From positions 47,671 through 111,670 of the forward strand of contig CAVPXW010000012.1 in NCBI GenBank assembly GCA_963709865.1: DNA of 64,000 bases. The letters are read 5' to 3'. Each line of letters opens with the position of its first letter. Positions within the stretch are counted from its first letter, which is position 1. Of the stretch, positions 18,128 to 26,615 are shown one piece after another. This stretch comes from an uncultured Acidobacteriota bacterium. Lineage in GTDB: Bacteria; Acidobacteriota; Terriglobia; Terriglobales; Acidobacteriaceae. The position numbers and the translations under genes were made by a program. Under the pieces are notes generated by a model that saw only the letters and a program-made list of their open reading frames with translations, did not search any database and was not told the origin of the DNA.

Positions 18128-19553
18128 ATGGGCCTGAACCACCTCGATTTCGCGATCATCGCGCTGTACCTGGCGGGGATCACGCTGTTTGGGCTGCGCT
18201 TCCGCAAGAAGCAGCGGTCGCTGCGCGACTATTTTCTGGCCGGGCGGGATATTCCGTGGTGGGCGATTGCCCTCTCGATCGTGGCGGCCGAGACCAGCAC
18301 GCTGACCATCATCAGCATTCCTGGGCTTGCCTACGACACGAACTTCACGTTCCTGCAGGTCGTGATGGGATACGTGGTGGGCCGCATCGTCATCAGCTTC
18401 GTGCTGCTGCCGCACTACTTCCGCGGCGATCTCTACACAGCGTACGAACTGATCGAACGGCGCTTCGGAACAGGGCTGCGTTCCCTGACTGCGGGCCTGT
18501 TTCTGCTGACTCGGGGTGCGGCGGAGGGCGTGCGCGTCTATGCCGTATCGATCGTGGTATCGATTGCGCTGGGGACGGGCGAAGTGGCCTCGATTGCGAT
18601 CATCACTGCATTGACGGTCATCTATACGTTTGAGGGCGGGCTGGCTGCGGTGATCTGGACCGACGTGGTGCAGACCGCGATTTATGTGGGTGGAACGCTG
18701 GTGGGGCTGGTGACGATTCTGCATCTCGTCCCCGGAGGATGGAGCGCGATTCATGCGGCGGCTGCTGGCGCGGGTAAGTTGCAGCTGTTCGATTTCAGCA
18801 CGAGCGTCTGGATTCCTTATACGTTCTGGGCGGGAGTGATTGGGGGGACGTTCTTTACGGTAGCGAGTCACGGCACCGATCAGCTGATCGTGCAGCGCCT
18901 GCTGGCGGCGCGCGGGCAGAAGCAGTCGGCGACGGCACTAGTATCGAGCGGGGTTGCCGTGCTCTTTCAGTTTGCGCTGTTTCTGACGGTGGGCATCATG
19001 CTGTGGGCGTACTACCGGGTGCCGTCCTCCACGTTCGTTAGGCCCGACCGGATTTATCCGACGTTTATCGTGACGCGGATGCCGCATGGAATTTCGGGGC
19101 TGCTGATTGCGGCGATCCTGGCGGCGGCGATGTCAAACTTGAGCGCCGCTCTGAACTCGCTTTCGTCGACCTCGATCATGGACTTCTACGTGCGGCTGCG
19201 TCCGCAGGCTGACGACAAGACAACGATGCGTCTGGCGCGGGTGGCAACCCTGTTCTGGGCTTTGCTGCTGTTTGCCCTGGCAGTGATCGCGCTGCACAAG
19301 GTGGGACGGGTCGTAGAGGTCGGACTGCAGATCGCGTCGGTGGCCTATGGAGCGCTGCTCGGAGTATTTCTGCTCGGCGTGCTGACGCGGCGGGCGAATC
19401 AGCGCGGGCGCGATGGTGGGGATGCTGTGCGGATTCGGCGTCGAGCTGTATTTGTGGCTGGGGACGCACGTCCCGTGGACGTGGTGGGTGATGATCGGGA
19501 CGGCGGTGACGTTCGGGGTGGGATACTTCGCAAGCGCGGTCGCGAAGGAGTAG
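18128..19553 (+). pseudogene. sodium:solute symporter family transporter, one frame break near 19400
   Basis: The ATG 18128 start reads MGLNHLDFAIIALYLAGITLFG...YFLAGRDIPWW. After ...LTRRANQRG the reading continues in another frame (AMVGMLCGFGVELYLWLGTHVPWTWWVMIGTAVTFGVGYFASAVAKE, TAG 19551-19553). The junction is CGCGGGCGCGATGG, where one G fewer restores the frame. Confidence 0.8.
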
Positions 19554-19555
19554 TT

Positions 19556-19697
19556 CGTCTTTGCGCTCCCTGCGGGTTCTGCTCAGCGACCTCTGCGGTT
19601 AAGATGTGTCCATCCGGACACTTTCTGGTCTTTGCGAGGGCCTCTCTATCCCAGCGAAGTTGGCGCTTAAAGGATCGCGCAGAGGCCGCTAAGAGCT
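19556..19697. repeat. repeat family A arms
   Basis: TTTGCGCTCCCTGCGGGTTCTGCTCAGCGACCTCTGCGGTTAAG (right-arm type) and CTTAAAGGATCGCGCAGAGGCCGCTAAGAGC (left-arm type). Confidence 0.5.
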
Positions 19698-19834
19698 ATA
19701 AACAGACAACGAGTAAATATTAGTACAGCGCCTCTGGCTGACTCCGGTTTCGTTTTGGGAATACGCTTGACATCTTCGAGGGTTGCCTCGCGCAGGGGCA
19801 GGCCAGCGGAGTAGAGTTTACCTGAGGACAAGAT

Positions 19835-20266
19835 GTGACTTACCCGGACATCACCTCTCAGATTATCGGGGCGGCGATTAAAGTTCATCGCAAGCTTGGG
19901 CCTGGACTGCTGGAGTCGGCGTATGAAGCCTGCCTGGCGTTCGAGCTTGAGCAACTGGGACTCCGGGTGCAACGGCAGAAGGCGGTTCCCCTGGTGTATG
20001 AGACAGTGCGATTGGAGTGCGGGTTCCGCGCGGATCTGGTGGTCAACAGCAAGGTGGTGGTGGAGATCAAATGTAAAGAGGCGCTCCATCCCGTGGATCA
20101 GGCGCAACTGTTGTCTCACCTGCGATTGCTGGATATCCAAGTTGGTCTCTTGATCAACTTTCACGTCGTGTTGCTCAAAGACGGAATCAAGCGAATAGTC
20201 AACCACTACGAGGAACTGCCAGACGATGACCAAGCGTGCGAACTCGTAGTCGAAGCGAAAAGATAA
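19835..20266 (+). CDS. GxxExxY protein (PD-(D/E)XK-like fold family)
   Basis: IIGAAIKVHRKLGPGLLESAYEACLAFEL contains the eponymous GxxExxY. FRADLVVNSKVVVEIK and GLLINF are the usual family pattern. Confidence 0.85.
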   Translation: MTYPDITSQIIGAAIKVHRKLGPGLLESAYEACLAFELEQLGLRVQRQKAVPLVYETVRLECGFRADLVVNSKVVVEIKCKEALHPVDQAQLLSHLRLLDIQVGLLINFHVVLLKDGIKRIVNHYEELPDDDQACELVVEAKR

Positions 20267-20270
20267 AAGC

Positions 20271-20695
20271 AAAAGATCTTAACCGCAGAGTTCGCTGAGG
20301 AACCCGCGGAGAGCGCGGAGAAGATCCTTATTTTGGGCTTTCTCGGCGTCCTTTGCGACTTTCTTCGCGGCCTTGGCGGTTAAGAGCTGTTTTCTCCTCC
20401 CGCGCAGGGTGAAAAGCTTATAACCGCAGAGTTCGCTGAGAAAGACCGCGGAGAGCGCGGAGAAGATCCTTATTTTGGCCCTTCTCGGCGTCCTTTGCGC
20501 CTTTCTTCGCGACCTTGGCGGTTAAGAGCTTTTCTCTCCTCCCGCGTAGGGTGAAAAGCTTATAACCGCAGAGTTCGCTGAGAGAGACCGCGGAGAGCGC
20601 GGAGAAGATCCTTATTTTGGCCCTTCTCGGCGTCCTTTGCGCCTTTCTTCGCGGCCTTGGCGGTTAAAAGCTTTTCTCCTCCTCTCGCGTATACT
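20271..20695. repeat. three tandem 141-142-bp copies of repeat family A
   Basis: The AACCGCAGAGTTCGCTGAG anchor recurs at 20281, 20422 and 20564. Copies 2 and 3 are near-identical. The array begins 5 nt after the GxxExxY stop and ends 15 nt before ATG 20710. Confidence 0.9.
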
Positions 20696-20709
20696 GACTC
20701 ACTTCGACC

Positions 20710-22110
20710 ATGCGCGAGCCATCGACCTCTCGTCCTGAACTCTCCCGCGACTTGGGAGTGAGCCACGCCTCCGCCGTGGTCGTCGGGACGATCATCGGCA
20801 GCGGGATTTTTCTGGTGCCCGCCGAAATGATGCAGGCGGTGGGTTCGGCCAAGCTGGTGTATCTGGCGTGGGTGGTGGGCGGACTGCTCTCGTTTGCTGG
20901 CGCGCTCACCTATGCCGAACTGGGGGCAATGAGACCGCAGGCCGGCGGGGAGTACGTGTATGTGCGCGATGCGTACGGTCCCCTCGGCGGTTTTCTGTAC
21001 GCGTGGACGTGGTTCGTGATCGCCAAGCCCGCGTCGGTGGCTACGGTGGTGACGGGCCTGGTGCGAATCCTGGGGACGTTTCCTGTCTTCTCTTTCTTCT
21101 CCGCCAACGCCATCAGCGCGCCATTCGCCGTGACCTGGGGGCAGATGTTTGCCATCGCCGCCGCGGTTCTGATCTCGTTTCTGAACTACCTGGGGGTGAA
21201 AAAGGCGGGCGAATTTCAGCTCGTGTTTACGCTGCTGAAAGTGGCCATCATCCTGGGAATCGTGGTGGTGTGCTTCAGCGGAATCGGCGATGCGGCCGGC
21301 CGGGGATGGAGCAACTTCGCCAGCACGTTCGCGGGTGCGAAAGGCGGGATCGCCGGCTTCATGGCAGCACTGGTCGCGGCGCTTTGGGCCTATGACGGAT
21401 GGAATGATCTGAATATGGTGGCGGGCGAGGTCAAGCGTCCGGAGCGCAACATTCCGATCGCGTTGATTGCAGGCGTGGCGACGGTGGGCGTGCTCTATGT
21501 GCTGGTCAACGCCGGGGTGCAGTATGTGCTTCCGGCCAGCGCGATTGCGGCGTCACCGCGTCCCGCCTCCGATGCGGTGGCGCTGGTGATGGGGCGCATG
21601 GGCGCCAGCATTGTCTCGGCCGGCATGGCGCTCTCGATGCTGGTCACGTTGAATGGCACCATCATGAGCGGAGCGCGCGTGCCCTTCGCGGTGGCTCGGG
21701 ATGGGTATTTCTTTTCGGCGCTGGCGGAGGTTCATCCGCGGTTTCATACGCCTTCGGTCGCGATTTTCGTGCAAGCCGTGCTGTCGATTCTGCTGTTGCT
21801 GCTGGGGGCGAATTTCCGGCAGCTGTTTTCCCTGGCGATCTTTGCGGAATGGCTGTTCTACATGATCGCGGGCAGCACCATCTTTGTTTTCCGGCAACGC
21901 GAACCGCAGGCGGTGCGTCCATATCGCATGTGGGGCTATCCTTTGGTGCCGGCGCTGTTCGTGGCGGTGGCGGCTGCGCTGTTGTGCTACACGTTCAAAA
22001 ACGACTGGCCAAATTCCGGGTATGGAGTGCTCGTGATTCTGGCCGGGATTCCGTTGTTTGCGTACTTCTCTTTCTTGCGTCGGCGGCGCGGTGGGAACCA
22101 GAGCCTTTGA
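20710..22110 (+). CDS. APC-superfamily amino acid permease
   Basis: 466 aa, about 12 TM helices. N-terminal LGVSHASAVVVGTIIGSGIFLVPAE is the typical APC signature region. Confidence 0.85.
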   Translation: MREPSTSRPELSRDLGVSHASAVVVGTIIGSGIFLVPAEMMQAVGSAKLVYLAWVVGGLLSFAGALTYAELGAMRPQAGGEYVYVRDAYGPLGGFLYAWTWFVIAKPASVATVVTGLVRILGTFPVFSFFSANAISAPFAVTWGQMFAIAAAVLISFLNYLGVKKAGEFQLVFTLLKVAIILGIVVVCFSGIGDAAGRGWSNFASTFAGAKGGIAGFMAALVAALWAYDGWNDLNMVAGEVKRPERNIPIALIAGVATVGVLYVLVNAGVQYVLPASAIAASPRPASDAVALVMGRMGASIVSAGMALSMLVTLNGTIMSGARVPFAVARDGYFFSALAEVHPRFHTPSVAIFVQAVLSILLLLLGANFRQLFSLAIFAEWLFYMIAGSTIFVFRQREPQAVRPYRMWGYPLVPALFVAVAAALLCYTFKNDWPNSGYGVLVILAGIPLFAYFSFLRRRRGGNQSL

Positions 22111-22152
22111 CCGCAGAGGGCGCTGAGAAAAACCCGGAGTGCGCCGAGAGAT
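22103..22152. repeat. repeat family A left arm overlapping the permease stop codon
   Basis: GCCTTTGACCGCAGAGGGCGCTGAGAAAAACCCGGAGTGCGCCGAGAG. The permease TGA (22108-22110) lies inside the repeat terminus. Confidence 0.45.
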
Positions 22153-22472
22153 CGATCTTGTCTTCCAGTTTTCTTGACTACATTTGGGGACAATTGGCTC
22201 GGGCAGGGCGCCAAGCATCCTCTACGCGCTTGCCTCTATTTCTCACCCGGCATCTCCGGGTTTCTTCCCTGTTTCTTCGGATCCAACCCCGTGGGATCGG
22301 CGCGAAAGGCCTGTCTTCAGCCCGTTTCGGGCCCTTCCACCAAAAGGACACACCCCAGGTTACCTAAGGTCAAGAGCCGTGGACACGTTTACCCCCTGTC
22401 CTATCTCCCGTATTTTGAAGACTCCAAGTCCCGGCGCTTCTCCCCAACCGGGTCCCAATGGAGTGAAATTGC

Positions 22473-23517
22473 ATGGCGACGGCTTACCGCGGGTTTCAAC
22501 TCGGATTATTGCCCGAACGCAAGATCAACAAACGGGCGCTTGGCGACCGCCTACGGACTGGTAACGCTGGCCCTGCTGATCGTAATCAACCTGGGACTGA
22601 TCCTGCCGGAAAAGCTGCAGATGGTGCAGTACCACGTAACGGAACTGATTCCGCTGCCGTCGTTGCGGCCGGAGCCGGAACCGATCAAGACCGAAGTACC
22701 CAAGATCAAGCCGAAGCTGCTTCCCGCCGTCAAGCTGCCGGTATTTGAGCAGCCCAAGCTGGTGGTGCCGCGCGAAGTCCGCCGCGAAGCTCCGCAGCCG
22801 GTGGAAGCGCCCAAAGTGGTGGTTAACCAATTCGCGGCTCCGCAGTTAAAGATAGCGTCGGGCGGGGCGCGTCCGCAACTGGTGCACACGGGAGATTTCG
22901 GGGGCAGTTCGCAGAAGCCGACGGTCAACGCCGCAGTTGAGAAGGTACAGACCGGCGGGTTTGGCGATCCCAATGGCTTGACGGGCACGGGCAAGCAAGG
23001 CGCGAAGTTGTACGCGGCCCAGGCGGGTGGATTTGACATGCCCGCGGGTCCGGGACAAGGCAACGGATCGGGCGGCGCAAAAGGCATCAAGGGCACGGTG
23101 GCCAGCGCGGATTTCGGGAACGGCATCGCCACCGGCGGCAATGGAGACGGGCGCAGCAACGGCAAGGGGGTTGCGACCGGCGGATTTGGGTCGGAGCAGG
23201 TGGTGCATCAGGGACCGAAGATCGCGCAGGCAGATTCAGGGCCCGCGACCACCCCGGTGGAGATCACATTCAAGCCCAATCCGGTTTACACCGATGAAGC
23301 CCGCAGTTTGAAGCTGGAAGGCGAAGTGCTTCTCGAAGTTAGTTTCTCGGCGAACGGAACGCTGCATGTGAATCGCGTGGTGCGCGGCCTGGGCCACGGA
23401 CTTGACGAGGCCGCGGTGGCTGCGGCCAACAAGATCCGGTTCAAGCCGGCGTTGCGCAACGGGCAGCCGGTGGATTCCACGGCGATTGTTCACGTGACGT
23501 TCCAGATGGCGTACTGA
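22473..23517 (+). pseudogene. tonB: TonB-family energy transducer, one frame break near 22540
   Basis: ORF 22473.. begins MATAYRGFQLGLLPERKINKRALG (TonB-like N-terminus). The TM helix AYGLVTLALLIVINLGLIL, the Pro/Lys-rich linker (PEPEPIKTEVPKIKPKLLP) and the C-terminal TonB domain (YTDEARSLKLEGEVLLEVSFSANG...NGQPVDSTAIVHVTF) are in ORF 22174..23517. Confidence 0.75.
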
Positions 23518-23610
23518 AGAATTTTGGCGAAGTAACTCTGGCGATTTGGCAGTAACAGAAATGAACTCGGGTCAATGAAACTGGGTCGAAGAAACTGGGA
23601 GAAAAGAGTC

Positions 23611-25425
23611 ATGCGTACTTGGAACTTGCTACTCACTACGGCTCTGCTGGCGTCGATAAGCGCGTCCGCTCAGCAAGCCGCGGAGTCAAAGCCGTCCGCA
23701 CAGCCGCCTGCACCCGAAGCGACGCAGACCGCGCCACCGTCTGAGCAGGCCGCAGGAACGGCACAGGCGCAGGCTTCGCAACCCGCACCCGCGGCAGCAC
23801 AAGCCGTCCCGGCACCCGCTGCCACGCCTGCTCCCACCACCATGGATCAGGTCGTGACCCTGTTCATTGAGCGGGAACACGGACTGATCAAAGCGCTCGC
23901 GACCCGCACGCCGGTGGTCGAGACCTATCTGCAGAATCTGACCGCCGATCCGCAACTGGGTCCGGTCCCGAGCGGCGATCACTATTTCCTCGGCCGCATG
24001 GATATGGGCGAAACCGTGGACCGCAAAGATTATCTGAAGGACGAAGAAAAGGGCATGGAGCAGCGCCTGATGGGCGGCTTTGCCAAGCTCTACAAGGTCC
24101 AGTACCAGCCCCTGGGCTTCTCGTGGATGGTGTATGCCGACCGCACCGACTTCGACCGCGAGCATTACGATTTTCGCTACGTGCGCCGCGAATTCCTGGG
24201 CGACGTGCGCTGCCTGGTGTTTGACGTCACGCCGAAACCGAAATCCGGCCGCGGCCGCTTCCTGGGCCGCATCTGGGTGGAAGATCAGGACTTCAACATC
24301 GTGCGCCTGAACGGAACCTACTACCCGGCGCCGCGCAACTCCTACTTCTTCCACATGGACAGCTGGCGCTTGAACCTGATCCCCGGCTACTGGGTGCCCT
24401 CCTACATCTACAGCGAAGAAGGCGACTTCAGCGCGGGCGTGAAGAACAAGATGGCCTTCAAGGCGCAGACCCGCATCTGGGGTTACGACCTGAAGAAGGG
24501 CGGCAAGGACGACGAACTGACCCAGATCCGGGTGGACAGCGTGACCGACGAGAGTCCGACCGCGCAGGATGCTTCCCCGCTGCAGGCGGAACGGGTATGG
24601 CAGCAGCAGGCGGAAGACAACGTCGTCGAACGCCTGACCAGCGCGGGCTTGCTCGCGCCCGAAGGCGATGTGGACCGCATTCTTCAGACCGTGGTCAATA
24701 ACCTGGAAGTCACCAACAACATCGACCTGCCCCGGCCGGTGCGCACGCGCGTGCTGCTCACCTCTCCGCTGGAAACTTTCAGCGTGGGCAACACCATCGT
24801 GATCAGCCGCGGCTTGATCGACGTGCTCCCGGATGAGGCCAGCCTGGCGGCGGTGCTCTCCCATGAGCTCGCGCACATCGTGCTCGGCCACAACCTGGGC
24901 AGCAAGTTTGCCTTCAACGACCGCATGCTGTTCAACGACGACTCCACCTACCAGAACCTGGGCTTCAAGCACATTCCGGAAGAAGAACAGGCTGCTGACA
25001 AAAAGGCCGTGGATCTGCTTAAGAACTCGCCCTACGCCCAGAAACTGGACAACGTGGGCCTGTTCCTGAAGGCGCTGCAACTGCGGGCTCCGCAACTGAG
25101 CGCGCTGCTGACCACGCACCTGGGCAACCCTCTGGCGGAAGGCGGAACGGTGAGCCGATTGTCCGCTCTGTCCAAGCAAGGCCCGGCGCTGGACAACACC
25201 AAACTCGATCAGATCGCGGCCCTGCCCTTGGGCGGCCGCGTGAAGATCAACCCCTGGGACGACAAGGCGGAAATGGTGAAGACGGCTCCGGTCGCCATCA
25301 CCTCGGCGCGGGACAAGATGCCGTTTGAAGTCACGCCCTTCTTCCCGCGCTTGGCGCGTTACGGTGCCGGCGCCGCTCCCGCGGCTCCGACCACCGCTGC
25401 CGCCAGCTCGAACTCGGGAAACTAG
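23611..25425 (+). CDS. secreted M48-like zinc metallopeptidase
   Basis: The ATG 23611 start gives signal peptide MRTWNLLLTTALLASISASAQ. HExxH lies in AAVLSHELAHIVLGHN. The N-terminal linker is Ala/Pro-rich. Confidence 0.7.
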   Translation: MRTWNLLLTTALLASISASAQQAAESKPSAQPPAPEATQTAPPSEQAAGTAQAQASQPAPAAAQAVPAPAATPAPTTMDQVVTLFIEREHGLIKALATRTPVVETYLQNLTADPQLGPVPSGDHYFLGRMDMGETVDRKDYLKDEEKGMEQRLMGGFAKLYKVQYQPLGFSWMVYADRTDFDREHYDFRYVRREFLGDVRCLVFDVTPKPKSGRGRFLGRIWVEDQDFNIVRLNGTYYPAPRNSYFFHMDSWRLNLIPGYWVPSYIYSEEGDFSAGVKNKMAFKAQTRIWGYDLKKGGKDDELTQIRVDSVTDESPTAQDASPLQAERVWQQQAEDNVVERLTSAGLLAPEGDVDRILQTVVNNLEVTNNIDLPRPVRTRVLLTSPLETFSVGNTIVISRGLIDVLPDEASLAAVLSHELAHIVLGHNLGSKFAFNDRMLFNDDSTYQNLGFKHIPEEEQAADKKAVDLLKNSPYAQKLDNVGLFLKALQLRAPQLSALLTTHLGNPLAEGGTVSRLSALSKQGPALDNTKLDQIAALPLGGRVKINPWDDKAEMVKTAPVAITSARDKMPFEVTPFFPRLARYGAGAAPAAPTTAAASSNSGN

Positions 25426-25458
25426 GCAAGGCTTCCACTCCAAGTTGAAGTAAGACGT

Positions 25459-25506
25459 GGGCCGGGATCCGGAACATCCTTCCGGGATACCCGGCCTTCG
25501 TTCTTT
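25459..25506 (+). terminator. candidate Rho-independent terminator
   Basis: GGGCCGGGATCCGGAA-CATCC-TTCCGGGATACCCGGCC imperfect hairpin followed by TTCGTTCTTT. Confidence 0.5.
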
Positions 25507-25557
25507 GAGGGTAGTGCGGCAGCGACACGTACATCGCTGCAGCGGTCCGGCGCATTC

Positions 25558-26190
25558 CTACTTCTTGTCTTTGGGGTTGCTACTGACGGGCCCGGCTCCG
25601 ATTTCTTTTTCCTGCAGGCGCTCTTGCCGGCGGAGGTCCTCCCGTTCGGCTCGGTTCTCCTGGCGGAGTTCCGCCACTCTCTGCCTCTCTTCCCGCCAGC
25701 GTCTGAGCTTCTGAATGAATGGGGAGCCCACAGCGGCGGTCTTGGCCTTCATTTTGTCTGCTCGCTCAGCGTCTCGTTCTTTTTTCAGAGCATCCCATTC
25801 TTTCTTTCGCAGGGCGAAGCGCATGTGCATTTCCTGTTCACGCTCGACCTCCAGTTGACCGAGGAGTCGCCGGTGCGAAGCCACCACGTCAACCAGCGCG
25901 CTGGTGGTCCACGCGAAAGTGAACAATCCGGAAATGCCAATGACGCTACTGATGATCCGCCAATGTTCTCCGACATCCACCTTCCCCATGCCCAGCGTTG
26001 TGTAGCAGTTGGCACAGAAATAGATCGCATCGTAGGCGTGCACAATCAAACCTGCGCCACGAAGAGCAAATGCCCAGATTACAACTTCCACAAGATGCAA
26101 ACTGAGCATGAGGAAGACGGACCATCCGAACAAGAACGCAGCCGCGAGAGGGCGGGGCCGCCCCAAGCTCAGACGTCGTTCGCCGCGCAT
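25558..26190 (-). CDS. two-TM pore-loop ion channel (K+-channel-like) with non-canonical filter and charged coiled-coil tail
   Basis: The layout is TM helix, pore helix, TTLGMG (in place of TVGYG), TM helix, then an E/R/K-rich C-terminal 100 aa. An extra in-frame hydrophobic helix lies upstream of the first ATG (26191-26334) with no canonical start. Confidence 0.6.
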   Translation of the reverse strand: MRGERRLSLGRPRPLAAAFLFGWSVFLMLSLHLVEVVIWAFALRGAGLIVHAYDAIYFCANCYTTLGMGKVDVGEHWRIISSVIGISGLFTFAWTTSALVDVVASHRRLLGQLEVEREQEMHMRFALRKKEWDALKKERDAERADKMKAKTAAVGSPFIQKLRRWREERQRVAELRQENRAEREDLRRQERLQEKEIGAGPVSSNPKDKK

Positions 26191-26398
26191 GTCCTGGAGT
26201 TGTATCCAGTGCAGACCCGCTCCGTGGAACAGGGCCAGAAAAACCAGGACAAACGCACCGATGCCCAGCGCCGCGAGCGGTTTGTATTCATCCGGAATCT
26301 GAGCCAGGAGCGTGGGAATATTGGCCCCGCAGTGTCCCGTGCTGGGTCACACGGACCTACCAGCTATGGGTGTACGGCAATCTCCAGGCTCCGCACAA

Positions 26399-26471
26399 CT
26401 GTCGCAATTGACAGGTGCAGCCCCCCATCTCGGACAGGACCATGGTCCCCACCGCCTGTCACAAGTGACAG
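26399..26471. promoter_or_regulatory. pair of 16-bp palindromes CTGTC-N6-GACAG flanking a 12-bp palindrome
   Basis: CTGTCGCAATTGACAG (26399-26414), GGACCATGGTCC (26437-26448) and CTGTCACAAGTGACAG (26456-26471). They lie in the 425-bp divergent intergenic region upstream of the OMP gene. Confidence 0.3.
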
Positions 26472-26615
26472 TTACCACGTTCTCCAGGGCGTGTTGGAAT
26501 ACCTTCGACGATTAACGCGCCTTGCTCCGGTAGAATGGCGTTTGCGTTTCGCCTGGGTTTCTCGGAGCGACAAGAAGCAGTTCATTTCAGTCAGGCCCTA
26601 GAGAGAGAGAAAGCG

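Noticed and set aside
20271-20695. Possible CRISPR array (regularly spaced repeats in an intergenic region).
   Set aside because: The period is 142 bp and the whole unit repeats. There are no unique spacers. The units are long imperfect hairpins homologous to dispersed single copies elsewhere, and no cas genes are present.
22174-22472. The 100-aa N-terminal extension of the TonB ORF given by the ORF track (start 22174).
   Set aside because: The extension has no TonB-like features. It overlaps the repeat at 22103-22152 and lacks a plausible signal or TM helix. The TonB-like N-terminus (MATAYRGFQLGLLPERK) starts at 22473 in another frame.
23686-25443. Very long antisense ORFs. Examples: 23686..25443 (-, 585 aa), 52794..54389 (-, 531 aa), 35139..36581 (+, 480 aa), 42319..43455 (+), 16794..17909 (+), 47201..48181 (+), 45703..46704 (+), 8412..9278 (-), 9596..10462 (-), 320..1297 (-).
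   Set aside because: Each lies opposite a gene with clear family motifs. Their translations are Arg/Gly/Ala/His-rich with no recognisable motifs. Long stop-free shadow frames are expected at this GC content.
26399-26471. The palindromes also fit CTGT-N8-ACAG, the E. coli-type LexA/SOS box.
   Set aside because: They sit upstream of an OMP and an ion-channel gene, not an SOS gene. The dinB (40141-40260), uvrC (8409-8471) and ruvC (48149-48212) upstream regions lack the motif. I have no basis to assume this lineage uses the gamma-proteobacterial box.
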